Of a DNA stretch of 64,000 bases, positions 39,033 through 48,243 are shown piece by piece. Both the position numbers and the translations under genes were made by a program. Location of the stretch: contig OY969695.1 of the NCBI GenBank assembly GCA_963701965.1, forward strand, positions 3,232,001 to 3,296,000, written 5' to 3'. Numbering within the stretch: the stretch's first letter is position 1; every line of letters begins with the position of its first letter. The notes under the pieces were generated by a model. It was not told the origin of the DNA. It saw nothing but the letters and a program-made list of their open reading frames with translations, and searched no databases. The stretch is from an uncultured Gemmatimonadales bacterium. GTDB lineage: Bacteria; Gemmatimonadota; Gemmatimonadetes; Gemmatimonadales; Gemmatimonadaceae.

Positions 39033-41372
39033 TCACAGTCTCCAGAGGTAACTCACTTTGAACACCAAGCCGTCCTCGCTCCGCGTGAAGTCGCGGAAGG
39101 CGAAGGCGTTGGGTTCGTTCAGCGTGGCGCCGTAGCCGAGGAGGATCACCGTCCCCGGCGTGGGTTGATAGGAGAACAGGACGTCTTGCCGGAAGATCCG
39201 CGACGGCGCCAGCCCCAGGTTGGCGAACGTCGCGGAGTCGACGAGCAGCGGCTCGCCGGTGCGCGGATCCTCGAGTGGCGACTCGGTCTGCGCCGTGTAC
39301 TGGCCCACGTAGCGAAAGAAGATCGCCGGCGTGAGCTGGTATTCGACTTTGAGGCGGGGGATGTCCGCGGTGATGGCGCGCGAGCCGTCGCGCGCGCGGT
39401 CGAACGTCTGGTGCGTCCAGAGGGCATCGAAGCGCAGCGACCGCGTCGGATGCCACAGCACTTCGCCCTGAAACGAGATCTCGTTGCTGAGCGCCGCCTC
39501 CGGAAAAATTGGCGCGGCGCCAACGGCGACGGTGAAGATGCCGATCACGGCGCGATTCGGCGTCGTGAGGCTCCCCTGCTCCGACCACATGTTATAGAGA
39601 CCGTGCGGCAGCGTGAATGCCACCGTGTCCGTTTGGCGGACGACGCGGTACGAGGCGTACGAGGCCGGGTCCCACTGCTGGATGTTGTTGGCGACCCCGC
39701 CGCTGATCACCCAACCGCCCCGGATGTTGGCGGAGAGCACGCTGTTGTATCCCCCTTCGAACGCGCCGCGGAATTTCTCCATGTCGCCGTAGCGCCAGAG
39801 CGGGTTGGCGCCGAGCATCAACGTGACCTGCTCGATCAGGTTTCCCGGCGCGCCATAGAGACTGAATCGCTGCCCCGTATTGGCCCGCTCGTACCCCACG
39901 CGGTTGATGAATCCGCTCTGGGCATCGAAGCCGTTGCTCAAGCCCGAGATTTCAAAGTGATTGCCGTACGCGCGTCCGGTACGGTCGGCGAGTACGAAGT
40001 CCCAGAGGGTGCCGGGGCGATAGCCCGCCGAGTCGGTCCACGATTGGACGATCTGCGCTTGCGAGAACCAGAGCTTGCCCCACGCGTAGCGGGCGTCCCC
40101 GCCGAGGACCCTATTGTACTGCGCGCCATCAATGCGGTCGGTGTAGACGAGGCCGAGCAATGTGTTGGGGTTCACGTCCTCGCGAAGCCTCAGGATATTG
40201 AAGATCGGGTGGTTCCCCGACGTGCTGTCCTTCGTGTCTACCGCCCCCAGGTAGGCGATCGTGGTGTTGCCGACCTGCCCGATGAGTTTCGCCCCGCCGT
40301 CGGGTTGAACGATCTGGCGGGTGTAGATGAGCGTGTTCGGGGTGTTGAAGAGTTGCAGCCCTTCGAGGAAGAACGGTCGCTTCTCCGGATAGAAGAGCGC
40401 GAAGCGTTGGTTGGATGACACTTGTCCCACGTCGGCTTCGACCTGCGAGAAATCCGGACGCACGGTGCCCAGCGCGCTCAGGTTCGCGGCCAGGCCAAAC
40501 CGTACCTGTCCGCCCAGGTTCGTCGATCCCTGATATCCGTACTTGGTGTTGGCGGCATTGGGCGCGCCGTCGACCTTCGTCGTCCACTCCGGATTGACAT
40601 CGAGGAGGAGACCGCGATGGATCTTGGTGAGGCCGACCAACGACCCGGATTGGATGAGAAAGCTCGCGCTGGCGCGCACGACGGGGGTCCACGTCTCCTC
40701 GTACCCGCTGTGCTGGACCACGCGATCGATCTGAAAGCCCCACGTCTGCGGATCCCGGCTTTGATAGTGCAGCGTCTTGAACGGGATACGGACGACGACC
40801 TCGTAGCCCCAGTCCGTGACGTGCCCCCGCGAGGCGTACACGTAGTCCGGGTTGAGATCGATCGACGCGTCGAACCGGTTGTTGGTGCTCTGGCCGCCGG
40901 CGGCCGCGCCCGCGCCGTCGCTCCACACGCCGTCCTCCTGCACGCCCAGCGGATTCACGGCGAAGAGGAGCGCCTGGCGGCGATTGTCGTACGTGTCCAG
41001 CAGGATGTTGATGTGGTCGTCCGCGTCAATGTTGTCGCGATTGGCCAGCGTGGCGCGGACGACGGTCCCGTGGGCCTCGAACGCCCGGATGCCGAAGTAG
41101 ATCGCGTCCGGCGCGTACCAGACGAACACTTCCGTGGAGTCGCTCGCCGGACGCCCGTCGACGGGGCGGTACTCGGAGAATCCGTTGAGCAATGCGGCGC
41201 GGCGCCACACCGGGGCATCCATGTGGCCGTCGACGACAATGGTCGTGTCGATCCGCGGGATGGAGGCCGCCGTTGCACCAGCGCGGCCGTTGTACACCTG
41301 TTGCGCCCGCCCTCGCGCGGCTGTGCCAACCGAAACGAGAGCGACCACGAGAAGAGTTGCGAATCGAAGCAC
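39033..41372 (-). CDS. CBM9-like + DUF5916 outer-membrane protein
   Basis: Signal peptide, I.VDG..D...W, F.VNPLGVQ.D, VRIPF.TL, PDFSQVEAD, FYPEKRPFFLEG and terminal K.SYLWR. Confidence 0.88.
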   Translation of the reverse strand: MLRFATLLVVALVSVGTAARGRAQQVYNGRAGATAASIPRIDTTIVVDGHMDAPVWRRAALLNGFSEYRPVDGRPASDSTEVFVWYAPDAIYFGIRAFEAHGTVVRATLANRDNIDADDHINILLDTYDNRRQALLFAVNPLGVQEDGVWSDGAGAAAGGQSTNNRFDASIDLNPDYVYASRGHVTDWGYEVVVRIPFKTLHYQSRDPQTWGFQIDRVVQHSGYEETWTPVVRASASFLIQSGSLVGLTKIHRGLLLDVNPEWTTKVDGAPNAANTKYGYQGSTNLGGQVRFGLAANLSALGTVRPDFSQVEADVGQVSSNQRFALFYPEKRPFFLEGLQLFNTPNTLIYTRQIVQPDGGAKLIGQVGNTTIAYLGAVDTKDSTSGNHPIFNILRLREDVNPNTLLGLVYTDRIDGAQYNRVLGGDARYAWGKLWFSQAQIVQSWTDSAGYRPGTLWDFVLADRTGRAYGNHFEISGLSNGFDAQSGFINRVGYERANTGQRFSLYGAPGNLIEQVTLMLGANPLWRYGDMEKFRGAFEGGYNSVLSANIRGGWVISGGVANNIQQWDPASYASYRVVRQTDTVAFTLPHGLYNMWSEQGSLTTPNRAVIGIFTVAVGAAPIFPEAALSNEISFQGEVLWHPTRSLRFDALWTHQTFDRARDGSRAITADIPRLKVEYQLTPAIFFRYVGQYTAQTESPLEDPRTGEPLLVDSATFANLGLAPSRIFRQDVLFSYQPTPGTVILLGYGATLNEPNAFAFRDFTRSEDGLVFKVSYLWRL

Positions 41373-41441
41373 AGCGTGATCTCTCGGCCTGAGCGCCCGA
41401 GCGGCGAGCTCGGGAATAAGCCCGCATAGTTAAGCGGGTTG

Positions 41442-41456
41442 TTGACGGATCGTCAA
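41442..41456. promoter_or_regulatory. Perfect inverted repeat TTGACG-N3-CGTCAA (operator candidate)
   Basis: Lies in the divergent intergenic region between the DUF5916 gene and the riboswitch. Confidence 0.4.
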
Positions 41457-41566
41457 TGCACGGTCTTGCGGTCATGATCCGGACGCCGCATATTGGCCGC
41501 GCACGACACGCCACATCTGACATGTGCGCTGTCGCTGACACACAGCATCGCTGGGGCCCCTCGAGC

Positions 41567-41660
41567 CCGGGATAACGGCAAACCCGCCGAAAGGCGGCGA
41601 CGCAAAGCTCCGAGGCTATCGCGCGCTTCCCGCGCGCCACGCCGGTCGAGCCGCCGAACG
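41567..41660 (+). ncRNA. Cyclic di-GMP-I (GEMM) riboswitch
   Basis: GGCAAAC-CCGCC-GAAA-GGCGG-cGACGCAAAGC…GAGC-CGCCGA matches the GEMM consensus (GNRA-capped P2, ACGCAAAG junction, P3). It ends about 25 nt upstream of an ATG. Confidence 0.9.
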
Positions 41661-41685
41661 GATTCTCATAGCGAGAGAGGTCGCC

Positions 41686-42801
41686 ATGCGTTCATCGCAC
41701 CTTGCCATCCTCGGCGCTCTGATCGCGTCCCTCGCCGGTTGTGATTCCGGCGACCGCTCCGCCACCACCGGCCCGTCCGTCGACGTGTCGTCCAATACCG
41801 TGGCCAGCGCCGCGCGGACCGGCCAACCACTGTCCGGACTTACGTCGCCGGAGCTCGGCCAGTTTCAAGCCGGCGCCAGCGTCTTCAATCGCGTCTTCAC
41901 GCCGCAGGCCGGATTGGGCCCGCTGTTCAATGCGGCGAGTTGGACTCGGTGGGCGGACAAGTCTTTCAGGACCACGCGACGCCGCAGCTGACGGCGGCGA
42001 CCGGTCTCACGAAGGAACCGATTCCGAGCTACGCGATGATCGGTCACCGGTCCACGCCGCAGTTGTTCGGTCGCGGATTGTTGGAGGCGATCTCCGACGC
42101 GACGATCAAACAACTGGCGGCCGAGGAACGCCGCGACGATCCGCGGGCCGCGGGGCGCGTCGCGTTGTTTCCGGACGGCACGGTAGGACGGTTCGGTCGC
42201 AAGGACAACGCGCCGACGCTCGGGGATTTCAACACCGATGCCTTTCTCTATGAAATCGGGATCACCACGCCGACGGAAGACAGCGTCGACGGGGCGATCG
42301 GTCCGTTCCCGGTCCCACCGGGAGTGGATCTCGCCAAGGACCCGGAGCTCTCACTCAAGGACCTGAACGCGACCACCGCTTTCGTGCGGTATCTGGCGCC
42401 GCCGGCGACGAGCAAGGCGACCGCCGGGGCGAATAGCACTGGCGACGCGATGTTCCGACGCATCGGATGCGCCACGTGCCACGTGCCGTCGCTCACGACG
42501 GACGTCAACGCTGTCCCCGCGCTCAGCCGCCGTTCCGTCCGCGCCTACACGGACCTGCTGCTCCACGACATGGGTCCGGGACTCTCCGATATCTGCCTCG
42601 GGGTCGCCAAACCCAGTGAATTCCGCACCGAGCCGCTGATGGGACTCGCCGCGCGCACCACGTACCTGCACGACGGACGGGCGACGACCCTGCCGTCGGC
42701 GATCGCGGCGCACGGCGGTCAAGCGACCGGCGCGCCAGCGGTACTACGCGCTCACCGCGCAGCAGCGCGCGGTATTGATCCGGTACTTACAGTTGCTCTA
42801 G
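41686..42801 (+). pseudogene. Di-heme oxidoreductase (DHOR/thiol oxidoreductase) family lipoprotein, with an internal deletion and frameshifts
   Basis: Lipobox LAGC. GLGPLFNAAS lacks the CxxCH that normally follows it, and the frame switches at ~41940. Then R.TPQLFG.GLLEAI, GRFG.K, CATCH, YTDLLLHDMG, EFRT.PL.GL and YLHDGRA. The terminal helix RQRYYAL…LIRYLQLL* is in another frame after ~42733. Confidence 0.88.
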
Positions 42802-42815
42802 GTCCCGTCGCATGC

Positions 42816-44243
42816 TCACGCATGCACGGCCGGTCGAATGTTCTGGTTGACGCGGAATAGATTCGCGGGATCGTAGCGGTTCTTGAGCTCGACGAGGCGT
42901 TGGTAATTGGTGCCGTAGGCCGCCGGAATGCGGTCCTCCTCTTCCTGCGTCAGAAAGTTGACGTAGGCGCCGCCGGTGGCGAATGGCGCCGCCGCGGTGT
43001 ACAGGGCGCGCGCCCAGGCGATGCACTCGGTGTCTTTGGCCGGGTCCTGCCACCGGCCGTGGACGTTGACCACGAACTCGGCGTCCCGGTGCGTGTACGC
43101 CGTCGCCTTGGCTGGTACGCGACCGACGGCGCCGCCCAACTCGGCGAACGCGATCTCGGTCTGGGGGTCGGGAATCAGCCGCGCGTACTGGAGCAGGACG
43201 TCGATGAGTCCGTCGCTCAGTTCGCGAAAATCGTGTGTCTTCCAATAGTTGCGCATCCCGGGAGCGAGGAGCGGGTCGAGGATGGTCTGCCACGCGGCAT
43301 ACGGCACCGGGGCGATGACGTCGGCCAACGGTTCGCCGAATGCCCGGAGTGGCGCGGCCGCGCGCTCGCCGTCGGCGATATTACCCGCATAGCACACGGC
43401 CAATACCAGAATGTGCCGCCCATGCCACTCGGTGGGCAGGAAGGGCAGGGGGGGCGCCTGGCGCATCACGAACCAGCAGACGAGCTCCTCGGGCGCCGCG
43501 GCGACGAAGTCGCGGTAAAAGCGCAGCACGTCGGGCGCGGCGTCGAGTGGATGCACGATGAGTCCCGCCAACACCTCGGGGCCGACGGGGTGCAGTCGGA
43601 AGTCGAACGCGGTGGCGACGCCGAAATTACCGCCGCCGCCCCGAATGCCCCAGAAAAGCTCGGGGCTCTCGGTCTCGCTTGCGCGCAGCAGCTCGCCATC
43701 GGCCGTGACGATGTCGGCCGACACGAGGTTATCGATGGTCAGGCCGTAGGGCCGGCTCAGCCAACCGAACCCGCCGCCGAGCGTGAGCCCGGCCACGCCG
43801 GTGGTGGAGTTGACCCCCAGCGGCGTGGCTAGGCCGTGCGCTTGGGCCTGCGCGTCGAACTCGCCAAGCGTGACGCCCGGCTCCACGCGGGCCAGCCGCC
43901 CGGCCGGATCAATACGCACCGCCTTCATGGGCGACAGATCGATCATGAATCCGCCATCGCAGACGGCATTGCCCGCGATGTTATGCCCGCCCCCGCGCAC
44001 CGCCACGAGCAGGTCCTGGTCGCGGGCGAAACGGACCGCGCGGACGACGTCGGTGAATGTCGTGCAACGGACGATCACCGCCGGCCGGCGGTCGATCATC
44101 GCGTTCCACACCGTGCGGGCCTCGTCGTAGCCCGGAGATGTCGCCGTCAGGACGCGACCGCGGAGACTGGCGGCCAGTCGGGCCACCGCATCGGTCGGGA
44201 CGTCCCGTTCGCTGCCGTACGATGTGCGGATGCTGATGCTCAT
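42816..44243 (-). CDS. FAD-binding oxidoreductase (BBE/VAO family)
   Basis: WNAMIDRRP, RGGGHN, GVAGLTLGGGFGW, LFWGIRGGGGNFGV, YVNF and L.ELK..YDP.NLF..NQNI. Confidence 0.95.
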   Translation of the reverse strand: MSISIRTSYGSERDVPTDAVARLAASLRGRVLTATSPGYDEARTVWNAMIDRRPAVIVRCTTFTDVVRAVRFARDQDLLVAVRGGGHNIAGNAVCDGGFMIDLSPMKAVRIDPAGRLARVEPGVTLGEFDAQAQAHGLATPLGVNSTTGVAGLTLGGGFGWLSRPYGLTIDNLVSADIVTADGELLRASETESPELFWGIRGGGGNFGVATAFDFRLHPVGPEVLAGLIVHPLDAAPDVLRFYRDFVAAAPEELVCWFVMRQAPPLPFLPTEWHGRHILVLAVCYAGNIADGERAAAPLRAFGEPLADVIAPVPYAAWQTILDPLLAPGMRNYWKTHDFRELSDGLIDVLLQYARLIPDPQTEIAFAELGGAVGRVPAKATAYTHRDAEFVVNVHGRWQDPAKDTECIAWARALYTAAAPFATGGAYVNFLTQEEEDRIPAAYGTNYQRLVELKNRYDPANLFRVNQNIRPAVHA

Positions 44244-44367
44244 GCCGATCTCCGGTCGGGGTTTCGCAATGTGGCTCGCCCCTGTCGGTGGCATCATGGG
44301 CCCTTAGGCTTATACGCAATTCATTTTCGCTTGTCGGGCTCGGCTCACCGTCCCATACTGAGGCATC

Positions 44368-45579
44368 ATGCCCATCGACCGCCGCTCATTCATCACGAAC
44401 GCCGCGGCGTTTGCGGCGTTCGGCGCCCTCGGCGATCCGCCGGGGATGCAAAGGACGGGGGAGCCCGATCCGCTCGGCGTGCGCGCCGACTTCCCCATCG
44501 TCGCCGATCGGACGTACCTCAACTCGGCCTATATCGCGCCGATCCCGCGCCCTGTTGTCGAGGCCGGCACGGCGTTCCTGGAAGCCAAATCCCGCCGGCC
44601 GCTTCTGGTCGACGAGCTTCTGGCGACCGACGAGATGGTCCGGACGCAATTCGCGCGACTGGTGAACGCCACGCCCGACGCGGTCGGGCTTCTGTTCTCG
44701 ACGGCGGAGGGCGAGAACGTCGTGGCGCACGGCCTCGAGCTCGCGGCCGGCGACAACGTCGTGGTCGACGAGTTGCACTACCCCACGTCGTTTGTGCTGT
44801 ACCGCGCGCTGGAAGCGTCGCGAGGGATCGAGCTCCGCATCGTGAAGCATCGCGACGGCGCGGTCACCGCGAGCGACTTCGAGCCGTACGTGGACCGTCG
44901 GACGCGCATCGTGTCAGTGGCCTGGGTGTCGAACCAGAATGGCTTTCGCCACGACATGCGGCCCATCGCCGATCTGGCGCACGCCCACGGCGCCGTGTTC
45001 TACACGGACGCGATCCAGGCGGTCGGCATGTTTCCGATCGACGTGCAAGCGGCGGGCGTCGATGCGATGTGCTGCGGGTCCTACAAGTGGATGTTGGCGG
45101 GATTCGGGATCGCGCCGTTCTTCATTCGTCCCGAGCTCAACGAGCGCCTCCGCATCGACCGGTTCGGCGAATTCCAAATCGACCGGGAGTTACCGGAGCA
45201 TCACGATGATCTCATCAAGACGGCCAAGCGCTTCGATTATTCGAGCCGGGCGTTCGGCGCCGCCCATCAGTTGAGCGCGGGCCTGTCGTATCTGGAAAAA
45301 ACCGGCGTGGCGCGTATCGAGTCGCACACGGTGGCGTTGGCCCTCCGGCTCTCCGACGGTCTCGCCAAGCAAGGCCACCGGCTGTTTACGCCGCCGGGCA
45401 ACCGGTCGTCGATCGTGACGATGTACGTGGCCAAGCCGGCGGACGATGTTCGCTCGGCATTTCACGCCGGCCATGTCGACGTGACGGCGCGCAACGGCCA
45501 GGTGCGCATCTCCCCCGCGCTGTTCAACACCGCCGACGATGTCGATCGCTGCCTCGACGTCACCCGCCGGCTGGCGTAG
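44368..45579 (+). CDS. Tat-exported class V PLP-dependent enzyme
   Basis: Twin-arginine DRRSF leader, YLNSA, DAIQAVG, SYKWML (PLP Lys) and VRISP..FNT. Confidence 0.9.
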   Translation: MPIDRRSFITNAAAFAAFGALGDPPGMQRTGEPDPLGVRADFPIVADRTYLNSAYIAPIPRPVVEAGTAFLEAKSRRPLLVDELLATDEMVRTQFARLVNATPDAVGLLFSTAEGENVVAHGLELAAGDNVVVDELHYPTSFVLYRALEASRGIELRIVKHRDGAVTASDFEPYVDRRTRIVSVAWVSNQNGFRHDMRPIADLAHAHGAVFYTDAIQAVGMFPIDVQAAGVDAMCCGSYKWMLAGFGIAPFFIRPELNERLRIDRFGEFQIDRELPEHHDDLIKTAKRFDYSSRAFGAAHQLSAGLSYLEKTGVARIESHTVALALRLSDGLAKQGHRLFTPPGNRSSIVTMYVAKPADDVRSAFHAGHVDVTARNGQVRISPALFNTADDVDRCLDVTRRLA

Positions 45580-46044
45580 GTGGTGAAGACGAGCGCGGGC
45601 TTGTTGATGTTCCGGCTCCGGTCGGAAGCCGCTGACATGGAAGTGCTGCTCGTGCATCCCGGCGGGCCCTTTTGGGCCAAGAAGGACGTCGGGGCGTGGT
45701 TTATCCCAAAGGGGGAAGTGGAGGCCGGCGAAGACGAGTTGGCGGCCGCGCAGCGCGAGTTCGGCGAGGAGACGGGATTCGCGGTGGGTGGTCCCTTCAT
45801 CCCGCTCGGGCGCCTCGACGTCCGCCGCGACAAGATCGTGGTGGCGTGGGCGTTCGAGGGCGACGCCGATCCGTCGACGCTCGTCAGCAATACGTTCTCG
45901 ATGGAGTGGCCGCCCCGTTCCGGGCGGCGGCAGGAATTCCCGGAAGTGGACCGGGCGCGGTTCTTCCCCCTGGCGGAAGCGCGCGAGATGATCGGCCCCG
46001 GCGAGCGCGAATTTCTGACGCGGCTCGCGGAGACGCGCGCCTAA
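45580..46044 (+). CDS. NUDIX hydrolase
   Basis: SAGLL, VHPGGPFW..KD.GAW.IPKGE…AAQREF.EETG and FPEVDRA. Confidence 0.93.
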   Translation: MVKTSAGLLMFRLRSEAADMEVLLVHPGGPFWAKKDVGAWFIPKGEVEAGEDELAAAQREFGEETGFAVGGPFIPLGRLDVRRDKIVVAWAFEGDADPSTLVSNTFSMEWPPRSGRRQEFPEVDRARFFPLAEAREMIGPGEREFLTRLAETRA

Positions 46045-46132
46045 CCTCTGTCCGCTTTGGGCGGTCGATTCCGTTTGAGAAAGGGAGAGGGAGTCACAGG
46101 GACTCCATTCAACACTCCCGAGGAATCGTCAC

Positions 46133-46531
46133 GTGGACGTCGCCCACTTTTCCCGTCACATTGGCCTGATCATTCAGATGGCGTTGGTTACGCCGCCCGC
46201 GGTCGCGTGGGGGCAGAGCGCTAGCCCGCCGGCGAGCGTCGTGCGCCTCGACATTACCAACGATGGCATGCTCGACGTCGATGTGTACGCCTACCGTCAG
46301 GGACAACGCCGCCATCTCGGCCTCGTCGTCGCGCATCAGACCGCGACGCTGACGCTGCCGCTCAGCTTCACCGAAGATGGCGAAGCCCAGCTCTACGTGC
46401 ACCGGATCGGCGAGCGGCCGGACAAGGACTTTCTCTCCAACGCCGCCCGCGTCCGGAGCTACGGTCACCCCGTGTTTCACATTGACGCGGACGTGCAGAT
46501 GTCGAGCCTCGCGGTTTTTCCCGAGTCATAA
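46133..46531 (+). CDS. Small secreted hypothetical protein
   Basis: GAGGA RBS before the GTG, signal-like N-terminus, and an Ig-like pattern L.ITN…DVDVY…G.R.HLG.V. Confidence 0.6.
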   Translation: MDVAHFSRHIGLIIQMALVTPPAVAWGQSASPPASVVRLDITNDGMLDVDVYAYRQGQRRHLGLVVAHQTATLTLPLSFTEDGEAQLYVHRIGERPDKDFLSNAARVRSYGHPVFHIDADVQMSSLAVFPES

Positions 46532-46667
46532 GGAGCATCACGAGGCGCTGGAAGCGGACCTCTACGCGTTGCTCGACCGGTCCAACATTGCCGAGGATGG
46601 CACGCTGGTGGTGCCCAGTGAGTACCTGGAGGTGGTCGACCAAGAGGCCCGGTTGATCCACTCCTAG
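46530..46667 (+). pseudogene. Remnant C-terminus of a class I SAM-dependent methyltransferase
   Basis: EALEADLYALLDRSNIAEDGTLVVPSEYLEVV resembles the C-terminal L..DL..L....N...DGT.VVP.EYLEVV motif of a common methyltransferase family. No N-terminal part is present. Confidence 0.6.
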
Positions 46668-46882
46668 GGGTTCGTGAGCGCGTCCTTGACCTTGCCCACC
46701 GTCTTCTTGGTCTGCCCCTTGGCCTTGTCCTCGGCGCCGTCGGCTTTGAGGGACGAGTCGCCCACGACGTCGCCAGCGGTCTGTTCGACCTTGCCCTTGG
46801 TTTCTTGGTTCTTGCCTTCGCGCGTCCAATTCCCGCATGCCGCGAGACTCAGCACGGTCATTGATATCATAAGTATTCGCAT
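46664..46882 (-). CDS. csbD: CsbD-family protein with lipoprotein signal
   Basis: LSLAAC lipobox, then EGK..E.KGKVEQ.AG...GD..LK.DG..DK.KG…G.VKDA. Confidence 0.8.
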   Translation of the reverse strand: MRILMISMTVLSLAACGNWTREGKNQETKGKVEQTAGDVVGDSSLKADGAEDKAKGQTKKTVGKVKDALTNP

Positions 46883-46925
46883 ACGGCGTCGTAACGCACG
46901 TGTCGTACCACGCCGCCGAGCGGCC

Positions 46926-47264
46926 TCAGCCCGCGACCTGGGTGCCGATGATGAATGTCAGCGCCAGCAACACACCGGCCGCGAGCGCATCGTCCTCACG
47001 GTACCAGGTGACCACGATGTATAGCGCCAACGTCGCGATCAGGAACGAGAGCGTGCCCAAGTCCGTCAATCCCGGCGAGTGGCTGCGGTTACCGATCAAA
47101 TGCAACGCACTGCCAATGCAGGCCGCCCCGGTGTACGCGAGACCCAAACGTTGAGGCGGGAGGCGACCCAAACGACGGAGCGGCGAATCATCGCTGGCGG
47201 GTGCCATGTGCAATTGCCCGGAGTGACGGGGGGCGGGTCGGAGGCGGTCCAAGATACCCCTCAT
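46926..47264 (-). CDS. Small hypothetical membrane protein
   Basis: Three hydrophobic segments. Start uncertain. Confidence 0.5.
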   Translation of the reverse strand: MRGILDRLRPAPRHSGQLHMAPASDDSPLRRLGRLPPQRLGLAYTGAACIGSALHLIGNRSHSPGLTDLGTLSFLIATLALYIVVTWYREDDALAAGVLLALTFIIGTQVAG

Positions 47265-47323
47265 GAAGGCATTCGCCAGTGATCCCCGACTTGCGGGCGA
47301 GCGGAGGGCCACTACTCTCCGGC

Positions 47324-48241
47324 ATGCGCAGTGTCTGGGTGGTACTCGTCGCGGCGAGCGGGTTGGTGACCGGGGTGTGGTCCACGGCCGCCCCGATTCC
47401 CGAGCGGTTGCAGGAGCACCATGGTGCCGTGCTCCAAGGGCAGATCTACATTGCTGGCGGATTCGACTCGACGGATTCGCCGACCGCGGTCGCGTATCGG
47501 TACGATCCGCGGTCCAATGCGTGGAGTCGCATTGCCAATCTTCCGGAGGACCGCCACCACATGCCGCTGGTGGTGGTCAACGATACGCTCTACGCCATTG
47601 GCGGGTTGGAAGGGCAGAAGTTCGTGCCCAAGACGAACCTGTGGATCTATCGCCCTGAGCGGAACGTGTGGGAGGATCGCGCGGCGCTGCCCGCGCCGCG
47701 CGGCGCCTCGGCGGCCGGCGTCGTGTCCGGCAAGATCGTCGTCGTGGGAGGGTTCGGGGATGCCCGCCGGTTGCTCGACTCGATTGTCGTGTACGATCCC
47801 GGTACGAATCGGTGGACGACGCGCGCGCCGATCCCGACCGTCCGCGATCATCTGACCGCCGAAGTCGTCGACCGGATCGTGTTTGCGATCGGCGGTCGCC
47901 CGCTCGATCCGGGCAAGAACTTCGATGTCGTCGAGGCGTACGATTTGGCGACCGATCGCTGGACGACCAAAGCTCCGATGCCGAGCCGGCGCGGCGGGCT
48001 CGCGTCCGCGGTGCTGGGCGGGCAGATCCACACGTTCGGCGGGGAGCGGCGCGATGGCGTGTTCGCGAACCACGAGGTGTACGACCCCGCGCACAACACG
48101 TGGACCGTGGCCGAGCCATTGCCGACCGCGCGGCACGGATTCGCGGCGGTGACGCTCGGCGACCGCATTTACACGATCGGGGGCGGTCCCAAAGAAGGGT
48201 CGGCGCAGACCGCCGTCGTCGAGGTGTGGCGCCCCCAGTAG
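47324..48241 (+). CDS. Secreted Kelch-repeat beta-propeller protein
   Basis: Six Kelch repeats (IY..GG…YDP..N.W…P..R) and a signal peptide. Start at MRSVW. Confidence 0.93.
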   Translation: MRSVWVVLVAASGLVTGVWSTAAPIPERLQEHHGAVLQGQIYIAGGFDSTDSPTAVAYRYDPRSNAWSRIANLPEDRHHMPLVVVNDTLYAIGGLEGQKFVPKTNLWIYRPERNVWEDRAALPAPRGASAAGVVSGKIVVVGGFGDARRLLDSIVVYDPGTNRWTTRAPIPTVRDHLTAEVVDRIVFAIGGRPLDPGKNFDVVEAYDLATDRWTTKAPMPSRRGGLASAVLGGQIHTFGGERRDGVFANHEVYDPAHNTWTVAEPLPTARHGFAAVTLGDRIYTIGGGPKEGSAQTAVVEVWRPQ

Positions 48242-48243
48242 CG

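Noticed and set aside
41442..41456. FNR/CRP box
   Set aside because: Half-sites and spacing (TTGAC-N5-GTCAA) differ from TTGAT-N4-ATCAA. Kept only as a generic palindrome.
41567..41660. 3',3'-cGAMP (GEMM-Ib) riboswitch
   Set aside because: The discriminating position is G rather than A, which favours c-di-GMP.
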